Assembly: GCF_036321535.1 (NCBI RefSeq)
Contig: NC_087436.1
Span: 57,600,001 to 57,664,000 of the forward strand
From: Camelus dromedarius
Lineage: Eukaryota
Direction of reading: 5' to 3'
Length of the DNA: 64,000 bases
In this document: positions 48,941 to 61,870 of the stretch, one piece after another
How the letters are laid out: each line of letters starts with the position of its first letter
How positions within the stretch are numbered: position 1 is the first letter of the stretch
Notes under the pieces: model-generated
What the model was told of the DNA's origin: nothing
The model's input: only the letters and a program-made list of their open reading frames with translations
The model's database searches: none
Translations under genes and position numbers: made by a program

Positions 48941-51900
48941 TATTTTTTAATATTTTTGATATTTTTAAAGTAATTTTTAATACTAATAGTCATGCCACAC
49001 TTACACTTTTGTATTCTACTTATTACATTTTCACTGGCTGAGTAATATCTTCCTAGTCAGATATACTGTAGTTTACTCAAGTACCCTCTTTTTGGAAGTG
49101 TAGACATTTTACACCATCATATATTACATTGCAATAAACATTAGCTCTTTGATGGAATACATGAAGAGAAGTTATTTGGTGAAAGAAATGAATTTTGTTA
49201 CGTCTTATACAAATGTTAACAATTTTCAAATACATTTTATAACATTATTTATTGAACAAATAGTGATAGGTTATATTGCTCCTTTGCTGTTAACATATGT
49301 CTTTCCAAAGTGTTGACATTTCAGTTGAATGACAAAATATCGTTCTGGACTAGCTGATAAGTCTATTTGCAGATAAGCAAAAATAGGCTAGAAGGCATTA
49401 GATCATGTAATCGAAATGTCAACTTCCTATACATAGGAAGACTTACCTAACTTAATATTTATATTTTCATAGTAATTATAATACATGTAAAGCTGCTTAT
49501 AAGTAGAAGTTCCTTTCTTCCAATTCTTTAACATTTATATACTTCCATTTTGAAGAATTCTCTATCAGCTGAATTATAAATTTTAACATATTTCATTTTA
49601 TTCTTGATCAGTAGATTTCTCTTATGCATATAAATGCCCATCTATACATACTTACCTGAAATAAGAAAATTCTTCCGATCAAAAAAAAAGTTATTTCAAC
49701 ATTAAAACTTCCTACAGAAGGAGATACTCTTTATAATTTTTGAAACTTCAGATATAACACAAGTACTTAGTTTATTTTACTAAACTCAGTACCATGGAAT
49801 ATTTCTGATGAATACATTTGAAAATGTTAAGTTAAAAATTAATTATAATCAAATTAAATGGTTGCTGATTATACCATGTAAACCTTATATGCTGATATTA
49901 ACTTAAATTTGAAATACCAATTGCTGTAACTTAGAGTAGAACTAAATTGAATTACTTTACACTTAAAAGGTGACACTTGGCACCATCTTATTTTCACAGT
50001 ATTTTCATTATTCCAGCCCATATAAAATCCCCACTGTTTCTAATGAGCTAGGCAATTAAAAACAGCCAACTGAATGTCGATTTTCCCATCTGATATTACA
50101 AAATTAAAACATTTGAGATTTTTGTAATTCAATTAAAAGAGGATTTCAGGTTCTCAGTCTGTAAGGCAGACTACATTATAATTTCACACAAATTGCACCT
50201 CAAGTAATAGCCAAGGATCTTGAGGTTAAGTGCTGCATCGAAATATAAGCTCCCTTAAGTGCAACATAAAGAAACAGTGTTTACCTTGCTTCCCTACCAC
50301 AAACTGGTTTACTTTCATTTTCCAAGGATAGTGGCAATGATGGTATGTAGAAGACGCTGTAAATCCTTTCTCTAGGTCTCTTCTAATCTAGGCTTTTTCT
50401 TCCTCCTCCTGCACTAGTTGCTTTCTATTCAATTACACTAGAAAAATGATCATAGGATGCACAAATTGCACTGAATTTTTAAGCGATTTTGAAATGACAT
50501 TGAAGTTAGAAGTTTCTTGTCTACTTTTTACGGGGTTGGTTTTTTTTTTTTTTTTTAACAAAGGAACTTTTTATAGTTGACCAGTTTAGTTGGAAGGCTT
50601 GGTAGTATGTATGGCTGTTTGCTGAAATTTCCACTAATTCACAGAATTGCACTTTATAGTATTAATGAGTTCATGAAAGCAGCGTTAGCACAAACCACAA
50701 TGGATCAGCAGCCATGCATCTTCTCTGAATTTCCTGCCATTTTTTCCTGCCATTTGCCATGTGACAAAAATGTGTTTGCTTATTATCTCTTTTTCTGTTT
50801 CCTTTCCTGGTATCTATCAAAGGGACTTTGTAAATTTTAATGATAAAAATAAGACGTTGCATCTTCAGAACACTGATATCACAACTAAATTTCAGCACCT
50901 ATGGAGAAATACATCTCAAGTCCGCATTGACTCCCAGAATATTTCCCAACACTTGTATGCTTTCTATAGTTATTTTGCCAAATACACACACATTATTTAA
51001 GAGGTGCTCCTAGAAATATCTTCAGCCTCTGTATTTATGCTCTTATTATATCTCTCCTCCATTGTGTTATTTTAGAGGTCCTGTAAAAAAAAATTAGAAG
51101 AGGAGAAACCAAATAGTCTTATCTTGTCTCTCTTGGTTTGTCTTTAGATATGCTAGTAAATACCTTGATTTGTAAGACTTTAGAGTGTAAGTCCAAGATT
51201 TTGGTAGAAGAGTTGTGTATAGTACACAGAATTTTTCTATCTGGTATTACAAAATTAAAATATTTGAGATTTTAGTAACTCAATATAAAAAGAGTGAAAG
51301 ACATCCAAACAAAAGCCTCAAACTCTTCATAGTTTTCAGGTAGTCTGGTTCAGGGCTGAACTAAAATTTAAAAAGTCAATTTATATATCACCTCTTTGTT
51401 TTACTTATTCTATCATATTTGGCTTCGTATATTTTTGGTTTATTTTTTGCTTGCTAAATTATTTGATTGATACTCTAGGTGCTTTGGTTCTATTTTTAAT
51501 ACATCAATATACACCAATTGCCTATCTGCTCAGCAAAAAATAAACAAAAAAACCAGGGACATAGTTCATGGTTTGAACAAAGAATATATCATGATTCTTT
51601 AAATATATATAATTTTTAAGTCTATATCAAACATCACTTTCTGGAGTCCTCAAAAATTACTACTTTTTCTTTCTGTACTATTTTTCTTCTTTCCTACTGA
51701 TTTCACCACAGACCTGGTGATGAAATGAGGGCCGGGAAAGGTGCTCAAGGAGGAAACGCTGCCTGGATGAGCAGTGGTTTGTCAAAGAGCATGAAGCAAG
51801 ATGGCAGCTGAGCCAGGCTTGCCACTCTGCAGTGATGTGTTAGCTTTTAATGTTTTAAAATAATTACAGCAAAACCAAAGCCACTATACAAAACCACTAT

Positions 51901-53011
51901 ATAAATTCTAGGGCCATTATCAACCTGTTTTTCAGGGATTCAATCAATCAGGGGTTCTGAGGAAAACTGCATCCACTTTACCAATCCCACAAGCATTTAG
52001 GTTCAAAAGGGAAGCAGCAGTTGTCAACAGAAGCCAAAAGTGAAATGGAGCTCCAAATAAAGCTTGTAATTACCTCGGAGGTTCTGAGATTGGTTCCTAA
52101 ACGGGGCCTTATGCATATGTGAGTCATTATTTCTCTAAGGTCAGAAAAGGCTAATTAGCATATTCCATCAGTTTTAATGATGGCAAGAGAGCCAGGTGTA
52201 AGTTTAAAACACATTTTAAAGCTCCAAAATGCCATTCAGACCCAGTAGCCTGTTAACCACCATTGAAGATTAGTTTTAAATCATAACTCATTTACTGACT
52301 ATATAATAAGATTTACAATTTGATAGAGAAGGAAATCATTTAACATTATGAATTTGGTCTTTTCAATTGTGAACTTCTTTATCCTGTTTTTCAGAGCTCT
52401 TATGCTTACATTCTCAGGAGGATATCTTAAGGAGTGGACAAAAAAATTCTTCTCCCAGTCCTTTTCAGTATATTCTTTTGAATAATTGGTTGGAAAATGG
52501 CTAAAGGAAAGAGATTTTTGGTGTGCTGGTGTTACAGAAAATTTATTGAGATAAAATACAGAGATTTATTCAGTCTATGGTCTCTATATATTCAGATAGA
52601 TTTCAGTTATTAACACAGACAGATCTGGAATTGAAGAACATAAAATAATTCACATCATAGTAATTTCCACAACCCTGCTGACTGAATAAGCAAATGTATA
52701 CAAGCCGCAGCTCGTGGGTTTCTGTGTGTGTTTGTGAGTACAAATACATAAAGCTGAATGCCTTTCATAATGCCACAAGAAGCTTAACTATATTACTTAA
52801 AGAATATCTCCTTCTCTTCTTCCTCCTCCTCTTTTCTTAATGAGCTATTTAGATGTGGTTTCTAGATTCTCCAGAGAGCTCTAAAAGCATTTTCAATCTT
52901 GGGTCCCTGTAGTCACAGAGTGAGGGACTTGGGTTGAACTGATGAGCAACGGAAAAATCAGAAAACATGTTCCAATTGCTGGGCTGAAGTGGTAAATCAA
53001 AACCATGGATG

Positions 53012-53677
53012 CACCTATGATCCAGCAATCCCACTCTTAGGCATATATCCAGAGGGAACCTTAATTAAAAAAGATACATCCACCCCAATGTTCAAAGCAG
53101 CACTATTTACAATAGCCAAGACATGGAAACAACCTAAATGTCCACTGAGAGGTGACTGGATAAAGAAGCTGTGATATATTTATACAATGGAATACTATTC
53201 AGCCATAAAAAATAATAAAATAATGCCATTTGCAGCAACATGAATGTCCCTGGAGAACGTCATTCTAAGTTAAGTTAGCCAGAAAGAGAAAGAAAAATAC
53301 CATATGATATCACTTATAAGTGGAATCTTAAAAAAAAAAAAAGACAAACTTATTTACAAAACAGAAACAGACTCACAGACATAGAAAACAAACATGATTA
53401 CCAGTGGGGGAAGCAGGTGGAAAGGGATAAATTGGGAGTTCAAGATTTGCAGATATTAACTAATACATAAAATAGATAAGTAACAAGTTTATACTGTATA
53501 GCACAGGGAACTATATTCAATGTCTTATAGTAACTTAAGTTGAAAAAGAGTATGAAAATGAATATAAGTATGTTTCTATTCTACTAAAGCAATGTGCTGT
53601 ACACCAGATATTGACACAACATTTAAACTGACCATATCTCAATTAAAAAAAAAAAAAATATATATATATATATATAT
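53012..53677 (+). mobile_element. Young 5'-truncated L1 (cetartiodactyl/camelid-type 3' end)
   Basis: YDPAIPLLGIYP...KTWKQPKCP, polyA plus (TA)n tail, and perfect 12-bp TSD aaaccatggatg (53000-53011 / 53678-53689). Confidence 0.95.
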
Positions 53678-53839
53678 AAACCATGGATGTACCAAAGTAG
53701 GAAGGAGGGTCAGGAAGGAAAGGGATCAGGGTAAAGCTGCAAAACAAAACAAAATAAAATAAACAAAAATCTTGTTAAACTCAAGCTAAAATCTAGGAGT
53801 ACGAGACTTTAAAGGAAAGGTCAGGAAACAAAGTAATAA

Positions 53840-54120
53840 AAGCCTCTATTTGTTGAGTATTTACTAATGCACTGGGCATTGTGTTTGGAGCTTATAAGGA
53901 TTTTCTTACTTAGTCTTCACAAGAGCCTTTTGAAATGATTAGGAAAGCAAGAGTGCATTTCCTCAGCCAAGGTCAAGATCACAGAGAAGTAGGGACAGAT
54001 GATTCATGCTCACAGGCTCTCCCAGACAAGAGAAAAGACCAGGCAGGGAGTGCCACACGTCAGAGAATCTGGGAAGCCAGATTCCAAGAATCATGGTGTC
54101 TCTTCCTCCAAGTCCATTTC
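53840..54120 (-). mobile_element. MIR SINE, possibly with an internal insert
   Basis: tatttgttgagtatttactaatgcactgggcattgtg...tagtcttcacaagagcc...ccaaggtca...gccagattccaa. Confidence 0.6.
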
Positions 54121-55939
54121 TTCCATCAAGGGTTCTGATTTATTACTGCCACTTCATTTTCTCCCTCTGTTCGGCTCAGTGATAAGAATGAACAGGTTTA
54201 TCGTGGTCTGGCAAGGCTAAAAATTTAGGGCAGATTCAAGCAAACAAAAGGAAAATAAACAGAATAAGAATTTAGATATCTAGAAGGCTCAAAAAATCCT
54301 TCTTATGTTGTTCTGGAAATAATTTACTAAGACCAAGGTACTATTTTAGATGATAGTAGGAAACAATCAACTTAAAACATAAGCAAAATAACTAATAGGA
54401 GATTTTGGAAGACATAACATAGCAGGAAGGTGATACTGCAAAGACAAGAGATGCTAAAGATGAATAAATAATAGAGAAAATTGGCAGGTGAAGAGCTCTT
54501 TCCCCAGACTTATTCTGGGAAGTGGGTTGTGATTCTATATTATTAACTCCATTCTTTGGATAATTTAGCAAATGCATTTGTCATTTTGATGGTGACATAT
54601 AAACTTTTTATTGTATCAGTAAAAAATTAGAAGCCCCAATTATTAAAATTATAAATAGCTATTGTTTTCTTTTCAAATTACTTTGACAAATAACTTTGTA
54701 ACTAACTTTAGACATTATAGGTTATATGCAGGTGAATAAAACTCTAATGTGTAAGTTTTACATGCAAACAAAATGGTGAGTTACTTTTTTGGTTTCCCTT
54801 TTTCCTGGAGACATTCATTCACCTTGGTTCTCTGCACAGATTTATTGAAAATAGGAAAAATATGTATTTTTTTGCTTCTTCCAAGTTTCTCAGACTTAGA
54901 AATTTCTTCTATGCACATACGGCAATATACAAGAGGCCCCTGCGACTGCTTGAGATTTGAGGCTGCTGTTCGAAAACAGACATGCTGGGCGATTTTTATG
55001 TGAAAACATTATTTGAGGAACTGTTATTAATATTAATTATAATCATATGACTAAGTTCTTGAGCAATCTTCTGCAGGTTTCTTTATTTCTTTTATCATGT
55101 TGCTCATGGTATAGACTTATTCTAGAAAATATGGGACATTTGTAGACAAATGATGAAATACAAACTAATCAAACTAATCACTGACAGTCATTTTTGTGTT
55201 AATACAACTCTTTACAACACTTTTAAGAGTACTATTCCACCTAATAATCTTTGGTGACTCTGGAAGCAATAACCTGAAGATTTATTGGATGTTTTGTTAA
55301 TTTCTTACTAATGAAATTTTTAAAACTGTAATGATTGTATGAGCTACTTTAGGTAAATTTTGACCAGATTTTTTTTTCTTTTGTTCTCTCTTCTCTTTAT
55401 GGAGATGTTGAATTTTTCCCCTCAGTTATCATTTTGAACAACAGAGCCCTCCTTTATAGTTAGGTACATAAAAGCTCTGCTGCAGTATTTAAAATTTTTT
55501 GAATAGCCTCACTATATTACATAGTATAATTTTATACCTTCATAAACACCAGTAATACACACTTAAGTGGTTGAGCCAAATTCCAATCTGATTTTCGCCT
55601 GTTTTCTAAACATTTTTGTTCAAATAACTTAGTCAGCATTTTGTCCCAATAATTTAGTTCACATTTTTTAAGTGCTGTAATGTTGTCATGCTTTATGTGC
55701 AAGCAATTTCCTTCTGTCTGAATATGTTAAAGTGTCCTCTAAATACCTATGAAACACAGTAATGTAAAGCTATACAATATGCTATTGAGTTACCACTATG
55801 TTTCTAAATAAATCCTTCAAAATTCTATGGAGGTTTTATATAATTTTAATTATTAAAATGTGTGAATAAGTAGTATGGTACAATGTTTGGCTGAAAGTAT
55901 CAAAAGTCTTAGAAGTGTCCATATATATATGTATCATTT

Positions 55940-56220
55940 AACTCAGAAGCTGCATACCTAAAATCATTTCTTAAGAAAATAACCAAGGATATGTTCAAAG
56001 ATTGAACCATTAAAAGGATTTCCACAATTTTACAAATATATAATAATAAAGAACTTGGCAAGCAAATTATACATACGGACTTACATACACACCCCCATAA
56101 TACAGATTCTTAGACTTATAAAGACACACAGCAAATACTGTTGCAGAAGAATAACTAAATGAATAAATAGATGTTCAAGACGTACTGTTAATTTAATTTT
56201 GAACATATTATATAGAAACC
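55940..56220 (+). mobile_element. Very old L1 3' fragment (L1ME-like)
   Basis: ttcttaagaaaataaccaaggatatgttcaaagat...agatgttcaagacgtactgtta. Confidence 0.45.
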
Positions 56221-59200
56221 ATTGTTGTTCCGTACATTAATGTATTTTCTATATACCAACACTCATTCAAGTGCTGAGTCCTATCATGTATGTTTCTAAT
56301 CACTTTCTTTTCTACTGTTCCTTCCATTTTTGTTGTTGTTGTAGTGTTTTTGTTGTAATGTTTTTCAGGCTAGAACCACTTCAGCTAGTCTTCTTCAACA
56401 GTCTCATAGTCTCGAAGCCACCCTTCATACTGTCTCTAAATAGCACAGATCATTTAGCTATACACATGAAAAGCTGTTACTGCTGCTTTAAATAAAGAAG
56501 CTGTAAATTCAGTAGTATTCCGTACTTTCATATTTATATAAGTTAAGGTCTAATCTAACACAACTCTTTCATTGTGATTAACAGTTATACCCTACCAGGT
56601 CATCTGCTGATAAAACTCTTTTATCAATATGAATAAAATATTAAATTTAGGAGAGTAAATGACAATGCTTAAATGGATGAATAGGAAGTACTTCTTAAAC
56701 TTGACAAAAACTGTAACTCTAAAATTTGTTTTGAGTTTAAATTTCCACATTTTCTGTGTTAAAGGGAGATTTTCCAGCTAAAGCATCTTGATGAGCAATA
56801 ACATGTCAAACTGAAGATCAGAAGTACTAGATCAAAGCACTTAAAGATCAGCCTTGGAGGATCCCGGTAAGCTTCATCTGAGTCTTCAAACCTCTGACTT
56901 TCTATAGGATTCCCAGCAGCACTTGGTTCCTTTGTAACTTAATCAACAGTGAATTAAAAAGGAGAAAAACAAACTAGGGAATTATAGAATACAACATTAT
57001 TGGAAATGTTTAACTTATGAAGAGATAGCTTAAAAGTTGGACGCAGTGGTATTTTTTTTCATAGCCTATCTATAAGAAGCAGCACAGCCCCTGTGCCCTT
57101 CAGAGAGATGATCAAAAAATCAGCTGTGCAAAAGCAATAGAAAAGAAGAAGTGAATTCTAATAATATTGAAAGTTTTTTCCCTGTAGTTTGTTTCATTTG
57201 ATTTCAATGATAATGGATGTCACAGTTCAAAAACTAAATCTATACTTTTAAAAAGGGGAATAATATTTTTATTCTACTTGGCTTTTCTCATTCTTCACTT
57301 CCTTTAAATTCTCTGATTGCAAATGTTTTTAATTATAGCATTGCTAAAAGATAAATTAGACACAGAAAATGCACATCTAATAAACATTGTGTCTGCTGGT
57401 TTGTTTTCATATCATCAAAAAAGTTGAGCTGCATTTTATAATGTCATAAAGGAACTGAAAATATAAAAATATGCAGTTTTAAATTAAAATGTCTCTTTTT
57501 GATAGGTTTATTTATCTATTACCTAAAAGCAAACAAATAATATAGCTTGTAGATTTCTGCTTTGGAAAATCATATACTTTTGTTTATTTTCTGCCACCAG
57601 TGTATTACACAATATTTGTTTTCAACTTTATCAATTATTGTCGTGAAGTATATTAAACTATAATAACATACCAGGAGGAGGTGTTCTCCTAAAGGAGAAT
57701 ATATATATATGGACTTAGCATGTAGTTAATATGCTACTTTATAAACTCATAACACTTCACAATGGTATTTTTTTGATATAGGAAATTATCTACACGTTGG
57801 ATATGTGCTTATGTCATGATTTACAATTTTCTCAGTTGATAAACTACTTTAATTCAATGACAGTCTCAGACAGTCACAGATTTGAGGTTTAAATTTCCTT
57901 GCAGTCAAATTTTGGAGTGAAACAAGTAAGTATAGCCAACTTACAAGTTTGACCTCTGCAATTACTGTTCATTTTCTAAGCTTTCTTGGGTATAAATACA
58001 TGTTAAACTGCCTTTTAGTGCCAGGAATGACTTTTTCTCAGCCAAATTACTCTATTTTGGTTCATCAGCTAGATATGTATTCTATGTAATTTAGTAGCAC
58101 AAAAGCTACTCAGTTCAACTTAGAAGTGTCCATCCTAGACACTGAATGTGGCCAGCTTCATTATCTTACATTATTATAAAAAAAAAAAAGTGTTTGTGCT
58201 ACTAAAGCAAGTTTTAATGCTTATCCTTTTTAATAAATTATTCAAGTCATCAAGTATAATTTCTAACTTGCTTAACCTAATTCAAGTCAGCATTTGTAGA
58301 ATGCCAATTAGGTCAATACCAGCTCAGAAGGAAAAACTAAAAATCAGTGAACATCACGGTGAACATTTTAGTTTTTACCCTTTAACCTAAACCATTTCCT
58401 GTATTTTGAGGACTGAATATTAAAGATTCACTTTATAATATTTAGTTTTTCAGAACTGTCACTAATCTGTACAGCTATTTACAACAACCATAAAGGGATC
58501 AGTTGCACTATTTCCTGATCTCAACAGAAGATTTGACCTTGTTTTTCCTATGGCTTAAGACTAAGTATAGCCCCAATGGATGAACTGCATGTCATTTTCA
58601 AAAGAAGGGTTTTTGGAGGATAATGCTGAGTTCACAGATTCCTACTGTGGCTGAAACTAGTGTCTATTTAATCTTATACTCCAGATAGCCTTTTGTGACC
58701 AAATGGCTGTGGATTTAAAAATCAAGAAATTTTTAAATCAAAGAGCTGGCCTTGACAAGGAAAACTGGGAGTATAGAATGTTATCGATTTTTTTTTTCTG
58801 TGACAGAAGCCAAAGAATCTCATGCTATTATGAATGTTAGCAGATTTCAAGGTCTTTCTGGATAAAGGGAAGTATATATAAATTTCAAATGAATAAAGCA
58901 GTAAGAAAGCTTTTCAATTCCTTTACACGAAAAATATTCTATAGAGAACCTTATTTCCAGTGATTTAAGTACAAGGGACTTATTTAATCCTACTCTGAAA
59001 GAAAGACATTATATTATCTGTAGTTTGGTTTGATACAGGAAAAAATTACACGGGGAAGATTACTTGGAAGAAAATGGTCCTCTTCAGGCACCGTCATCAC
59101 AAATAAAGCTGGAAATGTAACTCTTGTATCTTTTGATTAACTATAAATATGTTGTCTGAAATGAATAACCATATTTGCTTGATCTGCAGAGTGGAAAACA

Positions 59201-61669
59201 GTGTGGCTGGATCTTGGAGTTAAGGTTTTTTTAAAAGATTGGATGTATTTTGTAATCATATCTACCTAAATAGATGTATGTCTCACACTTACAAAATACA
59301 ATCAGGACTCATTTAGATACAAACCTATGATTATTTTTGAAGCGATGATTAAATCTCCAAATATGGATTTGAACACAGAACAGATATAGAATAGTTTTCC
59401 AATTAATGCCCTCCAATTAACAACCACTCCCGTGCTCCTGTGACACTCCATTACTCTCGAAGTAGGAGCCAAAGTCTTCAAAACCCAATGTCATGAGAAT
59501 TCATGGCCCTCTCTGAGTCACCCTCTCCTAATTCTTCTGGCCTCTTGGAGCAGGCTCTTTGCATTTGTGGGTCCCTATACTTAACCACCCTTCCCCCAGA
59601 TACTGATACATGTAATCTGGCTCTCATATATTAATTAAGATGTCTAATAAAATGCATTTTTAAATAAAAATGATGTCATATGATTCTAAATAAAACTTCT
59701 GTTTGTTGTTTTCTCAGCAGAATAAACTGGTCTTCTGGAAGAGTAACAAAGACGTTTCACTTATCGCAGGATGTTATGACAATGAATGTAAGACAAACAA
59801 CACTTCTTTTGTTCAAGGCAGCATTAAATAAGGGAAGTGCATTCCCAATGTAAAATTTGTAGCCAGTGGTGTAGTTAATTAAGAGAAAATGTCAGTAGAA
59901 CTTAACATTGTCACAGGATAATGGTTCCTGCTGCTAGATATATGTCAAGAGAAAGATAAATAAGATGGAGTGATTTATTAAGCAGAGCCACACTCCAGGC
60001 AATGCATTTCCAGAGGATTATAGCACTCCTTGGGTGGTGATGTAAGGCAGAGGACTGAAAACTAAGTAGCCTTAACTCTTTGAATACTACAACAATAGAA
60101 CAGAAATGTGGTGCTTACAGACAGTCCCTGCTGATATAGCAAAATTATTTTTACATTTAGAAAAAAGGCGAGACTATCATTATATTATAAAGGATCTAAG
60201 TTAAAACAGAATGCCATTAACAATCCTTCAAGACTTCGAAGATAACTTAATTATGGGAAGAAGTCTTACTATTTTGAAATGTTAAAGCCAAAAAAAAATT
60301 AGGATCACATCTATTTAAAAAATAGACTTCTCAAAAATTTATTTCAGGCAACAAATTATTAGTAATTTAGGAACTCGGTTATTTTTCTCAGTGAAAATTG
60401 TATTAAAACAGTTTTTGGAAAAATATCCAAAGGTCATTTATTCCTTTTCAGTAATTTTAATAATATAATCCAATTTATTTTTAGATGGTTAATATTCATT
60501 AAATATCACAAATGGTTTTAATTTAGAATCAACCTTTTGAACACTGCTTTGACATATTCTTTGCTTCAGATTTAACTCTGAATATTATTATATACTCTGA
60601 TTTTCTCAGATCAAAGTCACAAGTTTTACTGATTACTGGGAAATTGTTTTCATCTTAAAATTAACCTTATATCTGGTAGTATATATTCTGATACTGCAAT
60701 AATATAATGTATTAAGAATACAGACTGAACCATATTACTTATAACTTTCCTACACATTATAATGTATTTCAAAGGTATTTACAATGTAAGTATTACATGT
60801 ATATTAACAATGGGAACCATATTTCAGTAATGTTCTTAAGTTTAAAAGCATTTCTATCAGGGAAATGAAAATTTTAGCATAGTATTTACTTTATAAAGAT
60901 TATATCTATATAATAGAAAAAGCTGCTTTTAGGTTTATTAGTATATTAAACTGTCAGATAGTTATTGACATATTTTAAAATCATAAAATAGTTTTTAATA
61001 CTGGCATTGTAAGTGCACTAAAATAAAAACTGAAAATACAATCATCATCATCATAATCATTTTTATCTGGAAAGGGTCCATATGGCTCTAGACTGGCACC
61101 AATAGTAGTTTTTGAGGATTGTTTAGTTTGGAAAAATTGTCTTCCATATGATGTTTATACTTAATTATGTGCTATTTTAGTCACAGATTCAAGATATAGT
61201 TTCAAAACTGAAACACATATATACATAGTTTTATAGATATGTCCCTAAAAGACTATTTAATCTTTTGGAGCCCCAAAGAACTTAATATATAAACTGGAAG
61301 CATCTTGAATCAAAACTTGTAATTCATTCAATTTGGGTTCATTAATTTGTTGCATCTTTGGCCATATTATTCTATAGTTTATTTACAAATACATGTGGTA
61401 ATGATATGCTCATGTAGGAAAAATGTTCTTGTAGTTTTTCATGTCTAGTTGAGTGACATAAAGTTATGAATTTGTTAGCATATGGTTTTCACTATAAACA
61501 TTTTCATTAGCTGGACTGGCTTTCCTAATACATTTCCTTATGCCTAATTACAGTATGCTTCTTTAAAATACTGCTTATTTTCTGTGAGGTAATAATGAGT
61601 ACATAAAGCATTAAACAATGTGGCTAATTTCCTCTCTTGCTGTGGATGGCAAAAACAATGAGAAAATAA

Positions 61670-61870
61670 TAATTACAATGTTGAGTGCCTATTTTATGTC
61701 TTGCACACAGTTTTAAGTGTTTTATATCTGTGGACTCTTAATTTTTCAAATACCTGACGTAGTAGGTAGTTATTATCTGGGGAACTGAGGCACCTAGAGT
61801 CTAAGAAACTTGTCTAACAACACATTGCTGTGAAATGGATAGATAAAGGATTTAAAACTGAACTGTCTCT
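61670..61870 (-). mobile_element. MIR SINE
   Basis: ttgagtgcctattttatgtc...ttttaagtgttt...gaactgaggcacctagagtctaagaaacttgtctaacaacacattgct. Confidence 0.75.

Noticed and set aside
58712..58739. 11-bp inverted repeat gatttaaaaat/atttttaaatc as a terminator or cruciform
   Set aside because: Almost entirely A/T in AT-rich DNA, so chance is likely. Bacterial-type terminators do not apply here.
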